From the NCBI RefSeq assembly GCF_033153115.1, contig NW_026889763.1, positions 19,344,001 through 19,408,000 on the forward strand: a DNA stretch of 64,000 nucleotides. Reading direction: 5' to 3'. Both the position numbers and the translations under genes were made by a program. The notes under the pieces were generated by a model. That model was not told the origin of the DNA. It saw nothing but the letters and a program-made list of their open reading frames with translations, and did no database searches. The first letter of the stretch is position 1, and each line of letters starts with the position of its first letter. Shown in pieces: positions 26,289 to 36,338 of this stretch. Source of the DNA: Saccostrea echinata. Lineage: Eukaryota.

Positions 26289-27429
26289 ATGGCTGAGAGC
26301 AGTGGTTTTTACATGACATTACCCAGTGATAGCTCCGTGCAATCTTTTCCGGGGAATACGACCGCTCAATTTAAAACTTTATTACCACATTCTGTGGATT
26401 TAACGGATGGTCAATGGGAAGTAGCATTAACCGAAATGATCTATCCTTGTAGTATAGAAAATATGTCATGATGAATCTTATATCGATGTGTGTATAGTGG
26501 AAAAAGTTCCACCTTTTTTTAAAGACGTTTCACCAACAGAGAAACTGGATCTCGAGGACCCCGATAAGTACCAGTGGGGACGGTTTCAATTATTGAAAAG
26601 TACTCCCATCACTTTTCAACAAACCCAGCTTTTAGTACATTGGAGTAAAGCTTATTGGTTAAGCGGTACTTATGATCCTAGAGAGAAATTGAATTTGTAT
26701 CGACTTCGATTTAGATCGGGACCTTATCCCAACCCTACAGGTATCCTGGCAGAAATCAATGAAGGTTTAGTACAGACCATGAAAAAAATCTGGAAAAAGT
26801 ATCACAAATGGACCAAGAAAAAGAAACCCACAGATCAAGGAAGTGTGATGGTGGTGGACAGTGATGATGATGAGGTGTATGGGGATTTAAAACAGAGCTT
26901 AAAGACAGTGATACAAGACCTGAAAGAAGAAGAAGAAAAACCCTCAAAAATTGAGATGAAATTTAATTATCGGGAGGATTTCAATCGAGTGAATTATGTC
27001 ACTCATTTACGTCAAATTCCCATCTTTGTACGTCTTCCCTTAAGTCTGGCTTATAAAATAGGATTTCATGGTTCTAAATTAGTCCCGGAAAATTGGACAG
27101 AAGACACGACCAAATGGATTAACATCAGTTATCTGGCTCCAGACACTGTAGATTTATATCGAAATTTAAAATCCATGTATGTGTATTGTGATCTGATTCA
27201 ACCCCAGACCGTAGTATCGAATGCCTTGAAATTATTAAGAGTGGTCCCTTGTCAATTTGAACAGAAAGACAGTCAATATAAATGGGAACCCATACGTGCG
27301 GAATATCTCCCTTTGAGTAAAAAACATTTTGATACCATTGAGATACACATCATGACACCTTTAGGAAAACCCATGCCCTTTTTAAGTGGAAAAACTCTAG
27401 TCAAACTTCATTTTAGAAAAGTGTACTGA
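26289..27429 (+). pseudogene. Minor capsid (penton-like, PX) protein
   Basis: N-terminal FYMTLPSDSS..FPGNT..WEVALTE and C-terminal MYVYCDLI..LLRVVP..TIEIHI..VKLHF. Stop at 26469. Confidence 0.85.
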
Positions 27430-27557
27430 GATGAGTGTACAATTATTGTGTTACATCCTATTGGGAGTCATGGCTTGTCTATATTGCATTCACCCCTAAG
27501 GGTATAAAAGGAAGTCCCCAGAATGCAGGAAAGTCAGTTTTAAGAACAGTTATCACC

Positions 27558-28076
27558 ATGCAGTATCATCCAGGAATATTAAGACAGAGAGGACACGGTT
27601 GGACTTATCATAAAGGTTTATTAAGACAAAAAGGACACGGGTTTGGTCTTTTAGCTCCAGTGTTAAAATTAGCAGCTCCAGTAGTCAGTAATCTATTAGG
27701 TGGAATATTTGGAGGGGGTCAACAGCAACCACCCCCACCCCCACCACCAGCTTATTATTATCCACCCCAAAACTATGAAAGAGGGGAAGGATTTTTTACG
27801 GATTTACTGAAAACGGGAGCTAAACATGCCTTGACCGCTGCTGCTAGAACGGGGTAAGACGTGTTAGAAAATAAGAGATCTTTAAAAGACGCTGTCAAAA
27901 CTCACGGAGTACAAGCCCTGAAAAATACTTCGGGAATGGTGAAACAAAGAATGAATCTAGGAGGTAGTAAGAAAAAAAGAAAACAGACAGAAAGAGTTCT
28001 GTTGGCTAAGGAGGTCCTAAGAGAAAAAGAAAAAATCAAGGAGGCAATATTCCCAAGAAGAAAACACGGTCTTTGA
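27558..28076 (+). pseudogene. Basic core/membrane-active precursor-like protein with repeated (Q/E)-(R/K)-G-x-G motifs
   Basis: QRGHG, QKGHG and ERGEG, two of them followed by amphipathic helices. Premature TAA at 27855; lies directly upstream of the major capsid gene. Confidence 0.65.
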
Positions 28077-28114
28077 CTGACACTATGAAAAATCAATCTT
28101 AGTAGACATACATC

Positions 28115-29520
28115 ATGTTACAGCCCGATTCCTGTGCCTGTGGGATGGACAATTTTCAATTGTTCCAAGTCCCTCCGACTAATATTGCTTTAGAAGACTC
28201 CAAATGGGAAGAATATTACCCTATTTCTAGTACTTTAGATTCAGAGACAGCTCCGATTGAATTTGAAATTAAAGGACAAGGAGATCAATATCTGGATTTA
28301 TCTCAAGCTTATCTTCAAATGGTATGTCAATTTGTCCAAAATGATGGAAGTAATCTGGCTGGAGATCCTGCTAAAACAGCCCCAGTGAATAATATCTTAC
28401 ATTCCTTGTTTACGGAAATTGATGTCAGTCTCATTGGAAAAATAATCACTCCAGGAACCGATACTTATCCTTACAAAGTTTATCTGGAGAAATTACTGTC
28501 TTACAAACCCAGAACTTTAGCCACACAAATGAAAGCTTGTAGTCTATGGGAAAAAGATACGGCAGGACATATGGATGAAAGGGGGTTAGCAGCTCTTGAT
28601 GTGGCTGCTAATCAGACATTTAATGTATCCAACGCTAATACTGTGACCATTAACAAACCCATCATCCCAGCGTACCCAGCCAATTCTAAAAACGAAGGAT
28701 ACAGAAAACGTCATGAAGCCATAAATGCTAGTAAGAAAATTACTTTGTTGGATCGTTTACATCTGGATTTGTTTCAACAAGATCGATTTCTACCGAATAG
28801 AATCGACGTCCGTTTGAGATTTAATCGAGCTAGACCTGATTTCTACATGATGACGGCTCAAGCCAATACGGGAAAAGTCAAAATATTAAGTATTGTCTTG
28901 TGGGTGAGAAAAGTGAAACCTTCCCCTACTTTAATGAATCAGATCAATGAAAGTTTGAATACTCACAGAGCCAAATATCCATTAAGAAGAGTCGAAGTCA
29001 AAACTTTTACCATACCTACAGGAACTCAATCTAAGATTACCGATCATCTGTTTCAAGGCCAGATGCCTAAACGTCTCATTTTAGGGTTTGTGGAGAATGC
29101 TGCTTTTAATGGAGATAAAACTAAAAATCCCTTAATTTTCAAAATTTTGGGATTAAAAAATTAGATGTTAGTATCAATGGAGAGACCATGATGACTCGTT
29201 GTTTCGAACCTAATTTTAATGAAGATTTATATCTGAGATCTTATCTGAGTATGTATCAAGCTTTGGGAAAATTAGGAGAAGATTGGGCTCCGGACATCAC
29301 CTTAGAAGAGTATAAAAACGGATACACTTTATGGGGCTGGGATTTCACTAAAGATCAAGAAGCCTAATCGGATAAATTCCATCTCATAGAAACAGGAAAT
29401 TTAAGAGTAGAAGTCCAATTTACTGCCAATACGGTTACCACTTTAAATTGTGTGGTGTATACAGAATTTGATAACATCTTAGAAATCAACAAACACAGAG
29501 AAGTGAGCATTGATTATTAA
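28115..29520 (+). pseudogene. Major capsid protein (double jelly-roll, PY)
   Basis: LFQVPPTN, PIEFEI..YLDLS, PVNNILHSLF, YPYKVYLEKLL, LHLDLFQQDRFL, AKYPLRRVEVK, GQMPKRLILGFV. Frameshift at about 29130, stop at 29365, C-terminus [17 protein letters not shown]. Confidence 0.92.
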
Positions 29521-30023
29521 TGGATATAGGACAGTTGAGAGAAGTGTTATCTAGAGAATAAAAGAGTTCGTTTGGTGGAGTGTATCCTTTAGATTTATTA
29601 CCAGATCAATTAAAATTTGGAGAAAAAGCCATTGTAGTCAATACAGATCCTCAAGATCAACCTGGAGAACATTGGGTGTGTTTATATGTAAGCAGTCCAG
29701 TGGTAGAATATTTTGATTCCTATGGATTTCCTCCTTTAAAGAAAGAAATTCAAGACCTTATCCATCGTCATGGTCATCAATGGATTTATAATCCGTATCG
29801 ATATCAAGATTGGAATACTGATGTGTGTGGACAATATTGTGTGTATTATTTACATCAAAGACATATGAATAAAATCAAAGCAGATGAATGGTTATTTCCC
29901 TTTGAGCATAATACAGCTTTACAAAGAGATCATTATGTAGCTCAATGGTTTAAAGACACTTATCATAAAAGACCAACAGGTCATGGACAAACTTGTCAAT
30001 GTTTCTATCAAAATGTATTGTAA
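29520..30023 (+). pseudogene. Adenain/Ulp1-like cysteine maturation protease
   Basis: VNTD..PGEHWV, EYFDSYG and YQ....DVCGQYC (His-Asp-Gln-Cys). ATG 29520 is followed by an in-frame TAA at 29559. Confidence 0.92.
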
Positions 30024-30442
30024 AAATTGTTATTGTTGTTTTTATTGTTGTTTGTTTGTTGTTCTCAAAATAAAAAAAAAGAAAAAAATAATACTTGCTG
30101 TTATTCTTTCAATACGTAGAGGACTGATGACGTCACAATGAGTAGCATTTTTTCTACTGACTTGCTGTCTGTTATAAGTGTTCTATGTGATAATAAAAAT
30201 CATTATGTGTTAATAATATCTTCATAAAAATAAGAGTTCTATGTTAATAAAATGATTATGTGTAAAATAAAAAAATGAAAATTAAATTAAAAAAAAAAAT
30301 TAAAATATCTACAAAAAAAAAAAATAACAGTGACCTGGTGTTATTAGACGTTTCTATAACCAGATGTTTTTTAAAAGGTATCTTTTCGAATCATTGAAGT
30401 GGCCCTTAAAAGGACCGTTGTTGTTTTTTTTTTCTTTAGGGT

Positions 30443-31098
30443 TTACTCCCTGGGACGTCGGCCTCGCCCTCGACCCGCAAACTCCCTTCTCTCGGAGAGA
30501 GGCCTCCTAGGTGGAGGAGGAGGTGGTGATGTGGGAGGGGCAGGAACCGGTTCAGGCGCACCATACCTGCACAGGGGGCAGCCCTCATTCCGGTCAATAC
30601 GTCTGGCCGCACACAGGTAGCAGGCAGGCCTCTGTAAACATCTGCCGCACATGAAATTGGACTGCTCATCCTGACATAAACACAAGACACAGTATCCCTC
30701 CTCCACAGGCGCTTGTATCCCCCACACGGGGATACAACCCTGAAAGACCACACGGTCCTGCTCGGGTGGTGGTGCTGCGTTCAGGAGGCGGTGGACCCTT
30801 GCCGATGGTGACGAAGGGGGGGGGATTCCGGGGAATCCGCCAGGTCGAAATTCCGTCCCTCCTCTTCTGGCCGCGGATGGTATATTGTCCTGTAATCTGG
30901 TGCTGCTGGTCGTGTTCTACTATATGGGCTGTGCCTTGATCTTCTTCGGGTGGTGAAGCCGGCAAGATCAGGGACGCGAATTCTTCCTATATTCAGGACC
31001 GCATACTCTTGCCCGGTGTTTTGGTTCCTTACAATTAACTGACAGATCACCTCCACGCCTGGTTCGATGAAAATATTTTCGTGGAATAAAGAAGCCAT
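30443..31098 (-). pseudogene. GC-rich RING-finger-like accessory protein (about 218 aa if the G-run 30816-30824 gains 1 nt)
   Basis: CVLC..CGRC..CYLC..CPLCR (8 Cys) with Arg-rich and Ser/Pro-rich segments. TATA + TCATT module at 31164/31130. Confidence 0.65.
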
Positions 31099-32600
31099 CG
31101 TCGTATCGCTGAATCAGATAGCTAACGAATGACAGTTAACAGCTGACAAGCGTCGGTATTTATACACACAGCGCGAGCCGAAAAGAGAGCACCCAAAAGC
31201 CCGGATGACGAACAGCTCAAAAAATCATGGAGAATTCAAATTTGTGTTATTCTGTGTTTGTGAATACATCTATTGGAGTAAATAAGTTATTATGGAATGA
31301 TATATACTTTCAAACCCTCCAGTGAAAGAATGAAGGTAAGTTTTGAGGATGATTTCACAGTATTATTCATACATGACATTCCTCCGTTGTTTAGAACAGG
31401 CTCATTCATGTCGAACCGAAGGGCTAACCTTGACTGACCTGAACACATAAAATAAGAAGTTAAGCTATTTTAAAAGTGTGACACAAAGAAAACTTAATGT
31501 ATATAATAAGATTGAACCTAAGGAAAAGTGTTGATATGGTTTTTAAATCAAAAGAATCGTTGCAAGTGGAGAAATAAACTTAGCGTCGGTTTAGGGATAA
31601 AGACAAGGGAGGTCAAAGGACAGCCATTTTCAGAAAATCATTGTATAGACTTGTATAGAGCCTATAAGATTTTTTTTGCAATCCTGATCTTTTATGATAA
31701 AAATTTTGAAATGAATACAATCGGAAACTTATAAAAATCATTTGTATCTACTTTATTTCCAATGGGAAAGTCTACATTTTAAAAGAAAAACCCTATTCAT
31801 ACACGCAGTGTTGGTACAACAGACACCGTGTTACACACATACATTTGATTTTTGTATTGTAACCTTATGAAAATAGAATTGTGAGATCAATACAATCGGA
31901 AACTTATAAAAATCATTTGTATCTACTTTATTTCCAATGGGAAAGTGTAGATTTTATAAAAAGACCAAAAAAATCTCAGCGTCTTAAAAAGGACACAAGA
32001 TGGCGTCATACACTAATTACAATGACGTATTGTAATTCTTTTATTGCATTATTTCTTGAAGACTAACAATTGTTCAAACTGCCAAATTCTCCTTTGAAAT
32101 CTTAATCGATCCGCTACTAGAGCCATCCATTTCACTTTTCCGATCATCGGGGGTGGTAAATCGTAATTTTTTTTATTGAAACTCGTATTAAAAGTCACAC
32201 GCAAAGTTTGATTTTAGATATTAAACTATCATAGCTTTTTTAAGAGTAGGCTTAAGTTAAGTTTTTTTTTGCACAAGGTGTTTTTAAGACTCTTGAATCG
32301 GTGCCAAGATTAGGTACATGACCTGTGCAGGTGTTTTAAGAATCAGATCTCGTGCTCAATATATATTATTATAGTAACAAAAAAAAGTGAAAAAAAAAAT
32401 AGTTTTTCAGACTTGAATCGATGCCAAGATTAAGTACATGATCTGTGCAGGTGTTTTAAGAATCTCATCTCGTGCTTTTTTCTTTTTTTTTTTGCACGAG
32501 ACCCTTAAGTAAAAAAGGTATATAAACTCAGAGTTGAGTCATTTATAGCATCAGTCTTTCAGTGAATACTTGCAGAGAATAGATAGGAAGGACACAAGTA

Positions 32601-33556
32601 ATGATGAATCCTAACGATGTTTCAGAGCAGAATCTTCCAGAACTGATCAGCAGGGAAGATTTTGAATGGATAGTGAATGAGATTAAAGATCCCATTGGAT
32701 TAGATTTGGACATGTATCACATTCCAGAACCCATCACCAAGGAAGATATTTCAGCTGAGAATATTCCAGAACTAATGAGCAAGGAAGATTTGGAATGGAT
32801 AGTGAATGATGTTAAAGATTCTATTGGATTGGATTTAGGGGTCTACCTCATTCCTGAACCCATGACTAAAGAAGAGATGAGGAAAAAAGGTATGTAAACA
32901 CAAGAGTATATAGCATCTGTCTTGAGTTAGTATTTTTTTTTTGGCAGAGAATAGATATAGGACACATGCAATAATAAATCTTCATTATGTTTTCAGATGA
33001 GAATCTTCCAGAACTAATAAGCAAGGAAGATTTAGAATGGTTATTGAATGACGTTAAAGATTCTATTGGATTGGATTTAGGGGTCTACCTCATTCCTGAA
33101 CCCATGACCAAAGAAGAGATGAGGAAAAAAGGTATGTAAACACAAGAGTTCATAGCATCTGTCTTGAGTTAGTATTTTTTTTGGCAGAGAATAGATATAG
33201 GACACATGCAATAATAAATCTTCATTATGTTTTCAGATGAGACTCTTCCAGAACTAATAAGCAAGGAAGATTTAGAATGGTTATTGAATGACGTTAAAGA
33301 AGATCCCATTGAATTGGATTTGGAAATGTATAACATTCCAGAACCCATGACCAAAACAGATATGAGGATCTTGAGGAGTCAAATGAATGACATTGCTAAT
33401 TTACTGGAGGATTTTAAAACAAATAAGGACACCGCAATGTGTTTATTACAGGAAAGATTATCCAGATTAGAAGGACAAGTCACCAACCATGATAGAAAAG
33501 AACATGAGAGGCGGTTCTTACCAGAAAAGAAAAGACTCACCAGCCCTCAAAAATGA
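32601..33556 (+). CDS. Spliced acidic-repeat accessory protein (exons 32601-32889, 32997-33131, 33237-33556; 247 aa; may extend to 33800 via a frameshift)
   Basis: Two AG|GTATGT...TTTTCAG| introns (107 and 105 nt), both phase 1 and frame-restoring. Four LPELISKEDLEW..DLxxYxIPEPMTKE repeats. Confidence 0.75.
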
Positions 33557-34102
33557 GTGTATAGAGGATCAACACTTAGTGAAAACTCAGGACAAAAAGA
33601 CCCAGAAACAAAAAAAGACTGAGGAACAAAAAAAGACTCCTTTTGTGATGTTATATGATGTAGAAAAGACTCTTAACACAGTGAGTAACAAAAGAAAACT
33701 TCAGAATAGTGATATAAATGACAAACTGAAAGCGAAAATCCAAAGAAAAGATCTAAAGGATAAAGTGAAAATCCAGAAAAAAATGGACACTTTCTGGTGA
33801 ATTAGTGTTGTGATTATTAGTGTTTTAATATTTTTTTATGAATCATCTATAAATTTTTGAAATCCTTCTCATGTTTTTTTTTTGGTTTTGTACACTCTAG
33901 TGTGTGTAAAAACCTTGGTTTTCAGAAAATAGAGAAACGGTTGTGAATGACATGACGTCATAATGCATAAGTCGGTGTGAATTTGAATCCCTGCCAAGAT
34001 TATGTGTCTGTATGACTGGTGTTTTTTAAAGAATCTCATTATAGTAACAAATAGATAGCTGTGTCGAAAAAAACAACCTCTATATAAGGCTATCAAAGGA
34101 TA

Positions 34103-34359
34103 AGGGTCTATCTATTTTTTTTTTTAGAATTTTAAAATCTATTTTTTAGACCCATCCCAAGTCTATTTTTAGACCCATCCCAGGTCTAGCTATTTTTAGA
34201 CCCATCCCAGGTCTAGCTATTTTTAGACCCATTCCAGGTCTATTTTTAGACCCATCCCAGGTCTATTATTAGACCCATCCCCAGGTCTATTTTTAGAACT
34301 CTGGGGGGGGGGGGAGAGTGCACTCAGTTGACCCGCCCAACTAAACCCTTTATACTACT
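34103..34359 (-). repeat. Polinton right TIR
   Basis: Reverse complement of the left TIR, with about 6 copies of a 24-28-bp unit TCTAAAAATAGACCTGGGATGGG. Confidence 0.95.
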
Positions 34360-35329
34360 GTAATCAAACTTCATATGCTGATACATACTGATGTAAGCTT
34401 TTCAACTGCATCAACCTTTTTGGCCTTGACCTTTCCTTTGACCTTGACCTCACTTTTCTTAAATTAGTGTCTAGATCAGTCTTGAATACACAATTCAAGA
34501 TAATCAAACTTCATATGCTGATACATACTGCTGAGAGCTATCAATTGCATCAACTTTTTTTTTTACCTTGACTTTACTTTTGACCTTGACCTTACTTTTT
34601 TAAATTAGTGTTTATCTACGTTTTAAATAAACCATTTATGATACTTTTATCAAACTTCATATATTAATAGTAAATACATACTGATGTAAGCTTTTTAACT
34701 GCATCAACATTTTAACCTCAAACTTTCCTTTGACCTTGACCTTTCTTTTCTTAAATAAGTGTTAAGCTCAGTTTTAAATAAATCATGCAAGATATTTTTA
34801 TCAAGTCTAGTATGCTGATATGTATTTAAGTGAGAGCTATTCAACTGCATCAAAAACTTTTCACCTTTCACTTTCCTGTGACCTTGACCTCCCTTCTCTT
34901 TAATTTGTATTTTGCTTAGTTTTAAAGAAACAATTTAAGATATTTTTATGTAAGCATGCATTAATACATAATTTGGTAAGAATTTTTCATCTATATCCAA
35001 TTTTTTTAAATTTTAGTTTCAATTCTAAAGAAACTGTTCAAGATATTCTCATCAAACTTCATGCACTCATACAAATTTTCAGGTTGCATTAGTAATATAC
35101 ATTCGGCGGGGCATTCATGTCCGATGGACATATTTCTAGTTTTCAAATCATGACCTCCGAGGGTAGGGTCAGGCAACAATAAGGGTTCAAAGTTTTATAT
35201 AGGAATAAAAGGAATAAAAAACAAGAGCATGATTAATATGGAAACATTCTCAAGAAGTGTAGATTCAAGTGTGTACAAATAATGACCCCATGGGTTAGGG
35301 AGGGGCCATTTTTTTTCTGCCCCTATTTG

Positions 35330-36338
35330 CCATCCACATGGAAATGCAAATTTTGAAACCATTTTACACATCCACAGGACAAAACCAATCATCTTTCAAA
35401 TGATCATGTTTTAAAGCTAATGCATAAAATATAAGGGTAGTTCTGGGAACCAGGGTGTTTAAACATGTTTAATATTTAAAAGAAAATTGACCCCAATTTG
35501 ACTCACAGGGTGAAAATGAAAATTCCGAAACCTTTATGCACATCTACAGGACACCACCAGCCATCTCCCAAAAGATGATTAGGCTACTGTGTAAAATGTA
35601 GGAGGAGTTCTGGGAACCAGGGGCTTTTTGCATAAAAAACGTCATTGTTCGACCCCCCATTTAACCCCCAGGGTGAAAATGAAAATTCCGAAACCTTACT
35701 GCACATCTACATGACATCACTTACAATCTCCTGAAAGATGATTAGGCTACTGTGTAAAGTGGTAGAGGAGTTAAGGGAACCAGGGGCTTTTTGCATAAAA
35801 ACTTTTTTTTACCCCCATTTGACCCCCAGGTTAAAAATGAAAATTCTGAAACCTTGCTGCACATCTACATGACACCACCAACCATCTCCAAAAAAGATGA
35901 TTAGGCTACTGTGTTAAATGTAAGAAGAGTTCTGGGAACCAGGGGCTTTTTGCATAAAAAACGTCATTTTTTTTTACCCCATTTGACCCCCAGGGTGAGA
36001 ATGAAAATTCCGAAACCCTACTGCACATCTACATGACACCACCAACCATCTCCCAAAGATGATTAGGCTAATGTGTAAAATGTGAGAGGATTTCAGGGAA
36101 CCAGGGGCTTTTGGCATAAAAAACACGTCATTTTTCGACCCCCATTTGACCCCCAGGGTTAAAAAGAAAATTCCGAAACCTTACTGCACATCTACATGAC
36201 ACCATCAACCATCTCCCAAAAGATGATTAGGCTACTGTGTAAAATGTAAGAAGAGTTTGAGAAGGAAAAGTGTGACAGACGGACGGACATGAGTAATAAA
36301 AATAATATTCGAACTTTCTTTAGAAAGTGCGGGTAAAA
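35330..36338 (-). mobile_element. Non-autonomous Helentron-like element, family D, with about-162-bp tandem repeats
   Basis: Reverse complement of the copy at 59601-60368 (TACCCGCACTTTCTAAA..GTCCGTCCGTCTGTCACAC, then repeats). Confidence 0.8.

Larger units (their letters stand above)
16370..34359 (+). mobile_element. Polinton/Maverick (adintovirus-like endogenous virus), full length, pseudogenised
   Basis: Termini AGTAGT (16370) and ACTACT (34359), TIRs, 6-bp TSD GTAATC (16364-16369 and 34360-34365), and pPolB, ATPase, integrase, two capsid proteins and protease genes. Confidence 0.97.
15930..35141 (+). mobile_element. Non-autonomous Helentron-like element, family C (about 140-bp internal repeats), interrupted by the Polinton
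   Basis: 5' ATGCTCCGCC, 3' GGCGGGGCAT plus palindrome ATGTCCGATGGACAT and CTAGTT end. Matches the uninterrupted copy at 62347-63517. Confidence 0.8.
14815..35310 (+). mobile_element. Non-autonomous Helentron-like element, family A (outer host of nested insertions)
   Basis: Starts TTTTAGCT...TCTGTCCGTCTG. Pieces 14815-15257, 15883-15929 and 35142-35310 join into the repeat unit of the intact family-A copy at 60369-61640 (..AGTGTAGATTCAAGTTT|TTCAAATCATGACC..). Confidence 0.7.

Noticed and set aside
30436-30965. Alternative overlapping ORFs (30436-30753, 30666-30965, 30399-30620)
   Set aside because: Non-ATG starts, and open frames are expected in GC-rich DNA. The fused RING-like frame explains the region better.
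32601-33556. E1A/LxCxE oncoprotein homology
   Set aside because: No LxCxE motif or E1A zinc finger; the analogy is only architectural.
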